Assembly: GCF_000981785.2 (NCBI RefSeq)
Contig: NZ_CP011304.1
Location: 2,850,001-2,882,000 of the forward strand
Reading direction: 5' to 3'
From: Microcystis aeruginosa NIES-2549
GTDB lineage: Bacteria > Cyanobacteriota > Cyanobacteriia > Cyanobacteriales > Microcystaceae
DNA: 32,000 nt
Positions within the stretch are counted from its first letter, which is position 1; each line of letters starts with the position of its first letter. The position numbers were made by a program, and so were the translations under genes. This document shows positions 1-9,514 of the stretch, piece by piece. Under the pieces are notes generated by a model, which was given only the letters and a program-made list of their open reading frames with translations, had not been told where the DNA came from and searched no databases.

Positions 1-1316
1 TCTACTTCCTGATGCTGTTGCTCTACGCCGCTCAGATTGGTGTTTTCGTCGCCCAAGACTTATTATTATTCTTCTTAATGTGGGAAATCGAGTTAATTCC
101 CGTTTATCTACTCGTTTCCATCTGGGGTGGTCAAAAACGTCGTTATGCCGCCACTAAATTCCTACTCTACACCGCCGCCGCTTCTATCTTCATCCTCGTT
201 GCCGGTCTAGCCATGGCCCTTTACGGTGGTGGTGCGATGACCTTTGATATGGCGGAATTAGGATTTAAAGATTATCCCCTCGCTTTAGAATTAGTCCTTT
301 ACGCCGGTTTATTAATCGCTTTCGGGGTCAAACTCGCCATCTTCCCCCTCCATACTTGGCTCCCCGATGCTCACGGTGAAGCTTCTGCACCTGTATCGAT
401 GATTCTCGCTGGTGTTCTCCTCAAAATGGGTGGTTATGGTTTAATCCGTCTTAATATGGGGCTTCTACCCGATGCACACATCTACTTTGCCCCGATTCTA
501 GCGATTCTCGGTGTCGTTAATATTATCTACGGTGCTTTCGCTTCCTTCGGTCAACAAAACATGAAACGCCGTCTCGCTTATTCCTCGGTTTCACACATGG
601 GATTCGTCCTTTTAGGGATTGCTTCCTTTACCGATGTGGGTATTAGCGGCGCTATGTTACAAATGCTCTCCCACGGTTTAATTGCCGCCGTCTTATTCTT
701 CCTTGCCGGTGTCACCTACGACCGCACCCATACCTTAGCTTTAAACGAGATGGGTGGGATTGCTCAAGCGATGCCGAAAGTCTTCGCTCTCTTTACTGCC
801 GGCGCCATGGCTTCCCTAGCGTTACCCGGAATGAGCGGTTTTGCCAGTGAAATTACTGTATTCATCGGTGTCACTAGCAGTGAAGTTTATAGCCAAACCT
901 TCCGGGTTGTGACTGTCTTCCTCGCTTCCGTTGGTTTAATCCTCACCCCGATTTATCTACTCTCCATGCTTCGTCAAGTTTTCTACGGAGATGGTTCTTC
1001 CTGCGATATTACTAACATTACCCCCAACAAAAGCAACGAACAAGCAGTTTGTTTCGGTACTAGCTGTGTCCTTCCTGACGAATCAGAATATATTGACGCT
1101 AAACCCAGAGAAATCTTTATCGCTGTCTCTTTCCTCGCTTTGATTGTCGCTATCGGTTTTTATCCCCAACTGGCTACCCGTATCTACGATGTCAAAACGG
1201 TGGCAGTTAACTCGGAAGTGCGTCAAGCTTACACAGAAATCGCCGCTACTCGTCAAAATATCTACGCTGAAACTCAACCCGACGTAAGCGCCAAAGTTGC
1301 CAGTATATTCCAATAA
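1..1316 (+). CDS. ndhD: NAD(P)H-quinone oxidoreductase subunit 4 (NdhD/NuoM family), 5' end cut by window edge
   Basis: ORF 12..1316. The frame stays open back to nt 3 (..YFL before the listed M), so the true start lies upstream. It is a polytopic membrane protein with NuoM/NdhD-type blocks: [56 protein letters not shown]. Confidence 0.9.
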   Translation, partial: YFLMLLLYAAQIGVFVAQDLLLFFLMWEIELIPVYLLVSIWGGQKRRYAATKFLLYTAAASIFILVAGLAMALYGGGAMTFDMAELGFKDYPLALELVLYAGLLIAFGVKLAIFPLHTWLPDAHGEASAPVSMILAGVLLKMGGYGLIRLNMGLLPDAHIYFAPILAILGVVNIIYGAFASFGQQNMKRRLAYSSVSHMGFVLLGIASFTDVGISGAMLQMLSHGLIAAVLFFLAGVTYDRTHTLALNEMGGIAQAMPKVFALFTAGAMASLALPGMSGFASEITVFIGVTSSEVYSQTFRVVTVFLASVGLILTPIYLLSMLRQVFYGDGSSCDITNITPNKSNEQAVCFGTSCVLPDESEYIDAKPREIFIAVSFLALIVAIGFYPQLATRIYDVKTVAVNSEVRQAYTEIAATRQNIYAETQPDVSAKVASIFQ

Positions 1317-1342
1317 ATTGGCAAGTCTAAAGTGAATAGGTT

Positions 1343-1375
1343 ATCAGGAGTGGAAATTCTGCTCCTGATTTTTTT
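1343..1375 (+). terminator. Rho-independent terminator after ndhD
   Basis: ATCAGGAG (1343-1350) pairs with CTCCTGAT (1362-1369) as a perfect 8-bp stem. The loop is 11 nt and a T6 tract follows (1370-1375). It lies 27 nt after the ndhD stop. Confidence 0.7.
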
Positions 1376-1470
1376 GGCGAGGAAAAAGATGCGAGCATTT
1401 ATACTAAAATCTAAGATAGCTGGTTTAATATCGTCTCTGGGATCAAAACAAAAGCTTAAAATAGAGAAAT

Positions 1471-2514
1471 ATGTGGACTTTTATTGATTTATTTGCCGGT
1501 ATAGGAGGATTTAGAATCGCCCTAGAAAATCTCGGTTGTCAATGCGTTTTTTCTTCGGAAATCGATCCTCACTCCCAAAAGGTTTACTTAGCTAACTATG
1601 GTCATTTACCCGATAATCAAGACATCAGAAAATTAGAGGTAAAAACTGTCCCCGATCATGATATACTCTGTGGCGGGTTTCCCTGTCAAGCCTTTAGTAT
1701 CGCCGGCAGAAAACACGGTTTTGAAGATGCACGCGGAACCTTATTTTTTGAAGTTGCCCGGATCCTACACGAAAAGAAACCGAAAGCTTTTATCTTAGAA
1801 AATGTCCAGGGTTTAGTCCATCATGATCGAGGTAAAACTTTAAAAACTATTTTAGATATACTAGAAAAGGATTTGCATTATTTTGTCCCTAGTCCCCAGA
1901 TTTTAAATGCCAGATATTTTGGGGTTCCTCAAAACCGTCCCCGAATTTTTATCGTCGGTTTTCGAGAGGATTTAAATATTTACCATTTTTCCTATCCCCA
2001 ACCAACCCATCAAGAAACTTGTCTCAAAGATATTCTAGAAGAAAAGGAAGTCAGCGTTAAATATTATCTCTCTAATCAGTATTTAGAAACCTTGTTTAAA
2101 CACAAGGCCAGACACGAAAATAAAGGTAATGGGTTCGGTTATGAGATTATTTCTCCCGATGGTATCGCTAATGCTATTGTGGTGGGAGGTATGGGAAAAG
2201 AAAGAAATTTAGTTATCGATCAAAGACTGACTAATTTTACTCCCGTTACTCGCATTAAGGGAGAGGTAAATAAATTATTCGTCCGCAGAATGACCCCCAG
2301 AGAATGGGCAAGATTACAGGGATTTCCCGATAGTTTTCAGATTGTTGTTAGCGATGTCCAAGCTTATAAACAGTTCGGCAATTCTGTGGCTATTCCCGTG
2401 GTAAAAGCGGTGGCAAAAGAGGTGATTAAGGTTTTAGATTTATCCAGAAATTCTCAAGAAAATATCGGGGTTAAAGACCTACAGGGAAAACAATTAGAAC
2501 TATTGTCAATCTGA
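1471..2514 (+). CDS. DNA (cytosine-5)-methyltransferase, solitary (no adjacent endonuclease ORF)
   Basis: All canonical m5C-MTase motifs occur in order: I DLFAGIGG, IV GGFPCQAFS, VI ENVQG, VIII QNRPRIFIVG, IX RRMTPREWARLQGFP, X GNSVAIPV. Confidence 0.92.
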   Translation: MWTFIDLFAGIGGFRIALENLGCQCVFSSEIDPHSQKVYLANYGHLPDNQDIRKLEVKTVPDHDILCGGFPCQAFSIAGRKHGFEDARGTLFFEVARILHEKKPKAFILENVQGLVHHDRGKTLKTILDILEKDLHYFVPSPQILNARYFGVPQNRPRIFIVGFREDLNIYHFSYPQPTHQETCLKDILEEKEVSVKYYLSNQYLETLFKHKARHENKGNGFGYEIISPDGIANAIVVGGMGKERNLVIDQRLTNFTPVTRIKGEVNKLFVRRMTPREWARLQGFPDSFQIVVSDVQAYKQFGNSVAIPVVKAVAKEVIKVLDLSRNSQENIGVKDLQGKQLELLSI

Positions 2515-2785
2515 GGAACAATAACAATTTTGTCTAGGGGTTTGGGTATATTAAGAATAGTTATTATTCGCTCAATCTGATCGCTGTTTATGCTTGACTA
2601 TAACTGGATTAACAGTAGACTTCTTGAATAATTAATTTTCGAGAGTTCAAAAATGGGAAAAATAGCCATGAGGTAACAATAAAAGAGCAGCAGCGGTGAT
2701 GGTTTCGCCGGTTGTGCTTGTTAAAGGTATCTTGCTTATACTACACTTGTAACACCAATAGGTTTAGTATTCGGGAGAAAAAATT

Positions 2786-3121
2786 ATGCGGACAATCACA
2801 CGTACCACCACTACCGATATGGAAGTCACCAGCATTCGTCTGGAAAGAGTACTTAAGGACAAGCTGAAAGAGATTTCCGGCAATCAAGGTTATCAAGCAC
2901 TCATTCGCGATGTCCTATGGAATTTCGTTCAGCAGAAATCAGGAGATTATCGACCGCAGTTTTGTGCTGGTGATATAAGGGCAGTATTTAACGCTACAGC
3001 TAGAAAAAATGAGATTTGCGCTCTTACAGGTAATTTAATCCCCGCTAATGAAACAATGTTGTTAGGTTTGACGATTCATGGCGATTTAGTTCCGTTGAGT
3101 ATGGATAGTTATCCCAATTAA
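2786..3121 (+). CDS. small hypothetical protein with N-terminal ribbon-helix-helix (CopG-like) signature
   Basis: 111-aa ORF with GGGAGA 8 nt upstream of the ATG. Residues 15-50 (TSIRLERVLKDKLKEISGNQGYQALIRDVLWNFV) fit the strand-helix-helix pattern of RHH proteins. I do not recognise the C-terminal 60 aa. Confidence 0.5.
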   Translation: MRTITRTTTTDMEVTSIRLERVLKDKLKEISGNQGYQALIRDVLWNFVQQKSGDYRPQFCAGDIRAVFNATARKNEICALTGNLIPANETMLLGLTIHGDLVPLSMDSYPN

Positions 3122-3188
3122 ATTAAAATAAGTTTGACTAGGGTGGGGCAGAATCTGGTATAGTTAGTCCTCACCCAAGGGAGATGGG

Positions 3189-3223
3189 AATTATAAATTA
3201 TAAATTATGAATTATGAATTGAG
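3189..3223 (+). repeat. heptamer tandem array AATTATR x5
   Basis: AATTATA AATTATA AATTATG AATTATG AATTGAG read in a single phase. Confidence 0.85.
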
Positions 3224-3240
3224 AGGTGGGGAGTTTTTTG

Positions 3241-3278
3241 CTGTGAACAGTGAACTGATAACCGATAACTGATAACTA
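3241..3278 (+). repeat. heptamer array (CTGATAA family) abutting the trmL start codon
   Basis: CTGTGAA CAGTGAA CTGATAA CCGATAA CTGATAA CTA, followed directly by the ATG at 3279. Confidence 0.9.
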
Positions 3279-3752
3279 ATGACTGAATCGATTTTACGAG
3301 TGGTTTTAATTAATCCGCAAATTCCGCCAAATACGGGGAATATTGCCCGTACCTGCGCCGCAACGAGGACAGAATTGCATTTAGTTGGTCCCTTGGGGTT
3401 TGAAATTAGCGATCGCTATCTAAAGCGGGCCGGCTTAGATTATTGGCCCTATGTAAAACTTATGTACCACTTGACAATAGATGATTTCTGTGCATATCAA
3501 CAAAAGAGCGGCGGACGAGCGATCGGGTTTAGCGTGCGCGGCAGCAGCAGTTATGTCCAGTACACCTATCAAAGCGGAGATTGGCTACTTTTTGGCAGTG
3601 AAACCGACGGTATTCCGGCAGATTTATTAAATAAGTGCGATGACACGGTTTATATTCCCATGGCAGAACCGGGGGTGAGAAGTTTAAATCTTTCCGTTAG
3701 TGTGGCCATCGGATTATTCGAGGCTAGACGACAATTAGGATTTATTCGTTAG
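3279..3752 (+). CDS. trmL: tRNA (cytidine/uridine-2'-O)-methyltransferase TrmL (SpoU/TrmH family)
   Basis: 157 aa. Shows the TrmL-type blocks PPNTGNIARTCAAT, LHLVGPLGF and DRYLKRAGLDYW, plus a C-terminal SPOUT knot region (RSLNLSVSVAIGLFE). Confidence 0.85.
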   Translation: MTESILRVVLINPQIPPNTGNIARTCAATRTELHLVGPLGFEISDRYLKRAGLDYWPYVKLMYHLTIDDFCAYQQKSGGRAIGFSVRGSSSYVQYTYQSGDWLLFGSETDGIPADLLNKCDDTVYIPMAEPGVRSLNLSVSVAIGLFEARRQLGFIR

Positions 3753-3852
3753 CGGGACATTTGGCTATATAAACAGGGAAAATAGACTGAATTGATCATA
3801 AAATTGCAAAATTGCTTTTATTTAGCTCATTTTTGCTTATATCACGAAAAAT

Positions 3853-3868
3853 TGTGATCGCCGTCAAT
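3853..3868 (+). promoter_or_regulatory. candidate CRP-family (SyCRP1-like) site upstream of the pseudopilin gene
   Basis: AAAT-TGTGA-TCGCCG-TCAAT-TTT compared with consensus TGTGA-N6-TCACA. The left half is perfect and the right half matches 3/5. It lies about 100 nt upstream of the ATG at 3969. Confidence 0.25.
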
Positions 3869-3968
3869 TTTGTCCGTAATAACAGCAGTAAATTATGTGG
3901 ATTATCCTAGCGCAAATTAATTGTTGCTCCTTTCTAATCCCATAATTTATTGAAAATAAAAAGGCAAG

Positions 3969-4565
3969 ATGAGGCTTATGAATATCTTCGACCTTTCTTC
4001 TAATACTTTTCGCAATTTACAGCTTTTTAATCGGCAAAAATCCACCTCTGGCTTAACTCAAGTCGAGATGTTAGTTACCCTAGTTTTATTAGGAATTCTC
4101 TTAACCATTGCCCTTTCTGTTTATCATCGTTTCATGGCTTGGATTCGCTTAAATATCGCCACCTTTGAAATATCCCAACAATGGAAAAATACCCGTTATC
4201 AAGCCACAGGAGGAGGTTCTCACCCTATATCTTTGTGCATGGCCGCAAGTGAAACCGAACAGATTAAAGTGGCAAAAGTGGAAGGGAACGAATGTGAAAA
4301 TGTCACCGATTGGACTCCCATCACTCGCGGTGTTAGCATCGATACTAATAATTCTACCCTACGCCGAGTTAACGGATCGGCGGGTAATCAAGGGACAATT
4401 TATCGCGCTAGTTGGGGCGACACAAGAGAGGGGTTAGGGGGTTCTTGGGGACAGTTAGGCAGAATTACTTTAGTTGCTGCCGGTACACCCGACAAACGCT
4501 GTTTATTTTTATTTCGTGTTGATGGTAGTTGGGATATTCGCCAAGATAATAGATGTGTGCCTTAA
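3969..4565 (+). CDS. prepilin-type N-terminal cleavage/methylation domain protein (FimT/GspH-like minor pilin/pseudopilin)
   Basis: Class III signal: ..STSG|LTQVEMLVTLVLLGILLTIAL, with Glu at +5 after the predicted cleavage Gly, followed by a hydrophobic helix. Cys pairs occur at C90/C109 and C188/C196 (C-terminal loop). The leader is unusually long (27 aa). Confidence 0.7.
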   Translation: MRLMNIFDLSSNTFRNLQLFNRQKSTSGLTQVEMLVTLVLLGILLTIALSVYHRFMAWIRLNIATFEISQQWKNTRYQATGGGSHPISLCMAASETEQIKVAKVEGNECENVTDWTPITRGVSIDTNNSTLRRVNGSAGNQGTIYRASWGDTREGLGGSWGQLGRITLVAAGTPDKRCLFLFRVDGSWDIRQDNRCVP

Positions 4566-4714
4566 ACCGGAAAAAGTTATCGATATGATATCGAGAGAGC
4601 CACGCTCAAAAATCTAGAATCCCGACTGATAGCCTTTCTGCGGGGAAACTTAAACGGTTTTCAGTCCGTCTGGGAGTACACTAGAAAATACTCACTTATT
4701 CGATCGAGCCGTTC

Positions 4715-5311
4715 ATGATTATTTCCGTCGTAGCACTAAAGGGAGGGGTCGGGAAAACCACCACATCGATTCATTTGGCCGCCTATTTTCAAGAAAAAGC
4801 GCCCACCTTATTGATTGATGCGGATAAAAATCGTTCGGCTCTCCATTGGTCCCGGGAAGATACCCTTCCTTTTATGGTAGCGTCCCAAGCCGGAGCGACG
4901 GGACTGGTGAAACAATACACTCATATTATCGTCGATACCCAGGCCCGGCCAGAGCCAGACGAGTTAAAAGATTTGGCCCAGGGCAGCGATTTATTAATTT
5001 TACCCACCACTCCCAATCATCTCGATATCGATGTCACCATTAAAGCGGCAGAATTGCTGTCCACGATGACCGATAATTATCGAGTTCTTTTAACCCAAGT
5101 GGATTCACGGACAAAAACAGGAAGAGAAGCGCGGAAAGCTCTAGAAGAAGCAAAATTACCCCTATTTAAGCGAGAAATTCCCCGTTTAGTTGCTTTTGAA
5201 CGAGCGGCCGAAAAGGGAGTCATCGTCAAAGATTATCCCGACCCCCGGTCGAATTTCGGTTGGCTTTGTTACCAAGCGGTCGGTAAAGAAATTTTTGCCC
5301 TCATGACATAA
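4715..5311 (+). CDS. ParA/MinD-family P-loop ATPase (small, orphan)
   Basis: 198 aa with the deviant Walker A motif KGGVGKTT (ISVVALKGGVGKTTTSIHLA) and a Walker B-like motif IIVDT. No parB-like or partner ORF follows. Confidence 0.85.
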   Translation: MIISVVALKGGVGKTTTSIHLAAYFQEKAPTLLIDADKNRSALHWSREDTLPFMVASQAGATGLVKQYTHIIVDTQARPEPDELKDLAQGSDLLILPTTPNHLDIDVTIKAAELLSTMTDNYRVLLTQVDSRTKTGREARKALEEAKLPLFKREIPRLVAFERAAEKGVIVKDYPDPRSNFGWLCYQAVGKEIFALMT

Positions 5312-5466
5312 ATTGTTAAAAAAGTTAATATTAATATTTGTGTCATTTTTCCCCGAAAAGATACTTAATCTGCATGGGGACTTTTTGTAATCTTCCGTTA
5401 AGCGTTCACTCCTAAATAGGTAAAGTCTGAGACAATCAAAAAAGTCTGACTGTAGGAGAACCCTCT

Positions 5467-6993
5467 ATGAAATTGGCCTATTGGATGTATGCGGGTCCCG
5501 CTCATATTGGCACTTTAAGGATCGCCAGTTCCTTTAAAAATGTTCATGCTATCATGCACGCTCCTCTGGGAGACGATTATTTTAACGTCATGCGCTCGAT
5601 GCTGGAAAGGGAGCGTAATTTTACCCCCGTCACTGCTAGTATTGTCGATCGTAATGTTTTAGCCCGGGGTTCCCAAGAAAAAGTCGTCGATAATATTGTT
5701 CGCAAAGATCGCGAAGAAAGTCCCGATTTAATCGTTTTAACCCCCACCTGTACCTCCAGCATTCTCCAAGAGGATTTACAAAACTTTGTCGAAAGAGCGC
5801 GACAGGATGCCGAGGGGGATGTGCTGCTGGCCGATGTTAACCACTATCGCTATAATGAACTACAAGCGGCCGATAAAACCCTCTATCAAATTATCAAATA
5901 TTATCTCGATAAGGCCCAGAGAAGAGGGGAAATTATCTCCCAGAAAACCCCTAAACCTTCGGTTAATATTATCGGTATTACCACCCTCGGTTTCCATAAC
6001 CAACATGATCGCACGGAATTAAAGCGGTTAATGGCAGATTTGGACATTGAAGTTAACGAAATTATTCCCGAAGCTGCCTCGGTGGAAAACTTAAAAAATC
6101 TGCCCCGCGCTTGGTTTAATCTGGTTCCCTATCGAGAAGTGGGATTAATGACAGCCAAATATCTCGAAAGTGAATTCGCCATGCCCTACGTTGATATTAC
6201 CCCCATGGGAGTGGTGGAAACAGCCCGATGTATTCGCAAAATTCAAGAGGTAATTAATCCCCAAGGTGCAGCAGTAGATTACGAAGATTTTATCAATGAA
6301 CAAACTCTGCATATCTCCCAAGCTGCTTGGTTTTCTCGTTCCATTGACTGTCAGAATTTAACGGGCAAAAAAGCGGTGGTTTTTGGTGATAATACCCACG
6401 CAGCCGCTATGACAAAAATTCTCGCCAGGGAGATGGGAATTCATGTGGTTTTAGCGGGTACTTATTGCAAGTATGACGCCGATTGGTTCCGGGAACAAGT
6501 GAGTGAATATTGCGATGAAGTGTTAATTAGTGATGATAATGGGGCGATAGGAGATGCTATTGCTCGATTAGAACCAGCGGCGATATTTGGTACTCAAATG
6601 GAACGTCATGTGGGCAAACGTTTAGATATTCCCTGTGGAGTAATTGCCGCACCTATTCATATCCAAAATTTCCCCCTCGGTTATAAACCTTTCTTAGGTT
6701 ACGAAGGCACTAATCAGATCGCTGATTTGGTCTATAATTCCTTTACTTTGGGTATGGAAGATCACCTATTAGAGATATTCGGTGGTCATGATACAAAAGA
6801 GGTAATTACTAAAGGTATTTCGGCAGATTCTGACCTAAATTGGAATAAGGAAGCTACGACAGAATTACAGAAAATACCCGGCTTTGTGCGCGGGAAAGTC
6901 AAACGAAATACCGAAAAATTCGCCCGGGAGCGAGGGATTGGTGAAATAACTTTAGAGGTAATGTATGCCGCTAAAGAATCCGTAGGAGCTTAA
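5467..6993 (+). CDS. chlB: light-independent protochlorophyllide reductase subunit B
   Basis: 508 aa. The N-terminus [56 protein letters not shown] is characteristic of ChlB. chlL and chlN are not in the window. Confidence 0.96.
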   Translation: MKLAYWMYAGPAHIGTLRIASSFKNVHAIMHAPLGDDYFNVMRSMLERERNFTPVTASIVDRNVLARGSQEKVVDNIVRKDREESPDLIVLTPTCTSSILQEDLQNFVERARQDAEGDVLLADVNHYRYNELQAADKTLYQIIKYYLDKAQRRGEIISQKTPKPSVNIIGITTLGFHNQHDRTELKRLMADLDIEVNEIIPEAASVENLKNLPRAWFNLVPYREVGLMTAKYLESEFAMPYVDITPMGVVETARCIRKIQEVINPQGAAVDYEDFINEQTLHISQAAWFSRSIDCQNLTGKKAVVFGDNTHAAAMTKILAREMGIHVVLAGTYCKYDADWFREQVSEYCDEVLISDDNGAIGDAIARLEPAAIFGTQMERHVGKRLDIPCGVIAAPIHIQNFPLGYKPFLGYEGTNQIADLVYNSFTLGMEDHLLEIFGGHDTKEVITKGISADSDLNWNKEATTELQKIPGFVRGKVKRNTEKFARERGIGEITLEVMYAAKESVGA

Positions 6994-7002
6994 TTATTTC
7001 TT

Positions 7003-7039
7003 AGGGCTGAAAGTTAACAGCATTCAGCCCTATTTTTTT
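7003..7039 (+). terminator. Rho-independent terminator between convergent chlB and the MidA-like gene
   Basis: AGGGCTGAA (7003-7011) pairs with TTCAGCCCT (7023-7031) as a perfect 9-bp stem, followed by ATTTTTTT (7032-7039). Confidence 0.75.
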
Positions 7040-7041
7040 AG

Positions 7042-8169
7042 TTATTTGCTTAATCCCTGAAGTATTCTTTCCTCTACTCCTTTCCCCTGAATTAAAACCC
7101 CAAATCTTCCTAAACCAGTGGGATTGATTAATTGATGTAGGGCGTCTCGACGCTGAAATATAGTTGATATATCGATTTTTCCTTGAGAAAGTTCATTTAA
7201 TCTATCTCCTAATCCCAAAGCCATTAAAAATAATCCTTGCTGAGTAAAACCGAGATTTTTTAAGCCTAATTTCTCCCCTTGACGTTGTAAAGCAGTAAAA
7301 TCCACATGAGTGGTAATATCTTGTTCTCCCACCCACAAATAAGGATGATCATGATGCTGATGTTGTCGATAACATTGTAGGGTTCCTTGACTTCTTTGGG
7401 GATGATAATATTTTTCGGCAGTGTAACCGTAATCTATGGTTAAGATATAACCTCGATCGAGTTTCCGATTAACCGTTTCTAACCAGTCTAAAGCTAATAA
7501 GTTGACCTCGGTTTGATAACCCTCCGGATAAAGTGGGGAAGGAATATGTATCCCCACTAAATCAAAATAATCTTTGATTCTGTCAGTAGATAAATCTGCG
7601 ATAATCTCCTGAAAAGGTTCCCCCAATCCTAGATAAATTTCTCGTAATTCTCCCGACTCAATCACAACTCGATGGACAGGAAAAGCATCGATTAACTCAT
7701 TACTAAACACACAACCCACAAGGGAATTATCGGCTAAATTCGGCCAACTTTGCCAAGATACCGGGGAATATCCCGCTAAAGTTGCCCGTTGTCTTTCCCT
7801 GAGTTTCTGAGATTGTTCGATAATTATATAACTGAGATTTTGATAAAAATCAGCATAGCTATGACTTAAATAATCAAGAATATCCTTCGCTAAAATTCCC
7901 GAACCTGCTCCCACTTCCACTAAAGTAAATCCTCGCGAATTGCCCAAAAATTCCGCCATCTCGACAAATTGCTCCGCCAACAATTCACCAAAATCTGCCC
8001 CTAGGGACGAGGAAGTAAAAAAATCTCCTTTTGAGCCAATTTCTACTTTTCCAGAGGTGTAATAGCCATAATCGGGGTGATAGAGAGCTAAATCCATCCA
8101 GCGCTCGAAGCTAATTCGACCTGCTACTGATTGTTTAATTTCCTCTAGGATGATTGCTTCTAAATTCAT
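7042..8169 (-). CDS. class I SAM-dependent methyltransferase, MidA/NDUFAF7 (DUF185) family
   Basis: 375 aa. Contains FERWMDLALYHPDYGYYT and the SAM-binding loop LVEVGAGSGILAKD, typical of the MidA family. Confidence 0.8.
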   Translation of the reverse strand: MNLEAIILEEIKQSVAGRISFERWMDLALYHPDYGYYTSGKVEIGSKGDFFTSSSLGADFGELLAEQFVEMAEFLGNSRGFTLVEVGAGSGILAKDILDYLSHSYADFYQNLSYIIIEQSQKLRERQRATLAGYSPVSWQSWPNLADNSLVGCVFSNELIDAFPVHRVVIESGELREIYLGLGEPFQEIIADLSTDRIKDYFDLVGIHIPSPLYPEGYQTEVNLLALDWLETVNRKLDRGYILTIDYGYTAEKYYHPQRSQGTLQCYRQHQHHDHPYLWVGEQDITTHVDFTALQRQGEKLGLKNLGFTQQGLFLMALGLGDRLNELSQGKIDISTIFQRRDALHQLINPTGLGRFGVLIQGKGVEERILQGLSK

Positions 8170-8178
8170 CTTGATCAG

Positions 8179-8255
8179 GGAATTATGAATTAGGAATTAT
8201 GAAATGGGAAGTGGGAATTAGGAAGTGGGAATTAGGAATTAGGAATTAGGAAGGG
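8179..8255. repeat. heptamer tandem array GGAATTA x11 (with TGAATTA/GGAAGTG variants)
   Basis: Eleven consecutive 7-nt units in one phase. The array begins 10 nt from the start codon of the MidA-like gene (8169, minus strand). Confidence 0.9.
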
Positions 8256-8362
8256 TGCATCTAACATTTGCAAAAATACCGACAATCAGCAATTATCAGT
8301 GACTCTTAAATTATTACAGACGTATCAGCAGCTGCGTGTAAGCATCCCACCGAAAAACTAAT

Positions 8363-8494
8363 GCGCGGGGGTTTGGGGGCGGCACTTCGACACATTTCGA
8401 CACATTTCGACAAGCTCAATGTAAAGGCTCAATGTAAAGGCTCAGTGACCGCGCCACGCCCCCAACGGGGGGTTTGGGGGGTAGAACCCCCCAA
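8363..8494. repeat. complex G-rich repeat element (nested direct repeats, tandem 10-mers and 13-mers, hairpins)
   Basis: GGGGGTTTGGGGG occurs at 8367-8379 and, in the extended form GGGGGGTTTGGGGGG, at 8467-8481. CACATTTCGA is tandem x2 plus a degenerate copy (8381-8410). GCTCAATGTAAAG is tandem x2 plus a partial copy (8414-8452). TTGGGGGCG (8373-8381) pairs with CGCCCCCAA (8457-8465). A perfect hairpin TTGGGGGG-TAGAA-CCCCCCAA spans 8474-8494. Confidence 0.8.
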
Positions 8495-8603
8495 AGGCTT
8501 GGATTGAGTGATAAAATCGAAAGTAACGCCCAATTTTAGCCGAGAGTTTCCCCGTAAAAATCCCAACTTGGTAGATTTACAAAAATTAACTTAAAACTTA
8601 CAT

Positions 8604-8631
8604 CTGATAACTGATAACTGATAACTGATTT
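8604..8631. repeat. heptamer array CTGATAA x4 abutting the lipA stop codon
   Basis: CTGATAA CTGATAA CTGATAA CTGATTT. The last nucleotides overlap the lipA stop (8630-8632, minus strand). Confidence 0.9.
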
Positions 8632-9514
8632 AATCTCCCGCATGATAGGAACTGCGGACTAGGGGGCCGGATCTAACCTGGGAAAAACCCATTTTTTGGG
8701 CGATTTCTCCCAACTCGCTAAATTCTGCGGGAGTCCAATATTTCTGTACGAGCAAATGTTCCAGAGAAGGACGCATATATTGACCAATAGTAACTCGATC
8801 GCAGTCGATCGCGCGTAAATCTGCCAAAGTCTCGATAATTTCCTCTTTTGTCTCACCGTGACCGACCATTAGGCCAGATTTCGTCGGAATTGATCGATCG
8901 ATTTCCTTAACATAACGCAAAACCGCCAAAGAGCGATCATATTTAGCCCCGCGTCTAACCGGCTTTTGCAAACGGCGCACCGTCTCGATATTGTGATTGT
9001 AACAGGCAGGTTTTGCCCCCACCACCGTCGCCACCCGTTCCTGTTGACTTCCCTTACCTCCAGCAAAATCCGGGGTTAACACCTCAATTAAAGTGTGGGG
9101 ATTGAGTTCGCGAATGGCTGTCATCGTCCGCACAAACCAACTAGCCCCGCCGTCTTCCATATCATCTCTGGCCACAGAAGTCAAGACAACGTAACTTAAA
9201 TTTAACAATTGCACCGCTTCCGCCACTTTTTGCGGTTCCTCCAGATCGAGAGGCATGGGTGCATGACCCTTATCCACTTGACAAAAAGCACAGGATCGTG
9301 TACAGGTGGGACCCATCAACAAAAAAGTCGCCGTACCTTGGGCATAACATTCGCCGCGATTGGGACAGCGACCCTCCTCGCAGATAGTATGAATGTTCCT
9401 TTGTTTGATAATGCGCTGAACCGTGGAGATTTCGCTAGATTTGCCGAGTGAACGCCGTAACCAAGGAGGTAAAGAGGTGATTTCCTCGCGCCACTGTGGG
9501 GGTATATTGGACAT
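8630..9514 (-). CDS. lipA: lipoyl synthase
   Basis: 294 aa with both LipA cluster motifs: [12 protein letters not shown] (CX4CX5C) and the radical-SAM motif CTRSCAFC (CX3CX2C). The C-terminus is RSSYHA. Confidence 0.95.
   Translation of the reverse strand: MSNIPPQWREEITSLPPWLRRSLGKSSEISTVQRIIKQRNIHTICEEGRCPNRGECYAQGTATFLLMGPTCTRSCAFCQVDKGHAPMPLDLEEPQKVAEAVQLLNLSYVVLTSVARDDMEDGGASWFVRTMTAIRELNPHTLIEVLTPDFAGGKGSQQERVATVVGAKPACYNHNIETVRRLQKPVRRGAKYDRSLAVLRYVKEIDRSIPTKSGLMVGHGETKEEIIETLADLRAIDCDRVTIGQYMRPSLEHLLVQKYWTPAEFSELGEIAQKMGFSQVRSGPLVRSSYHAGD

Noticed and set aside
2515-2785. Search for a restriction endonuclease partner or remnant next to the m5C methyltransferase
   Set aside because: No ORF of 60 aa or more exists on either strand, and the spacer is AT-rich with stops in all frames. 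I could not identify any endonuclease-like fragment by eye.
4715-5311. Orphan ParA-like ATPase as a carboxysome-positioning McdA
   Set aside because: No McdB-like ORF follows, no carboxysome genes are nearby, and the protein keeps the classical KGGxGK signature. Nothing in the sequence supports the assignment beyond family membership.
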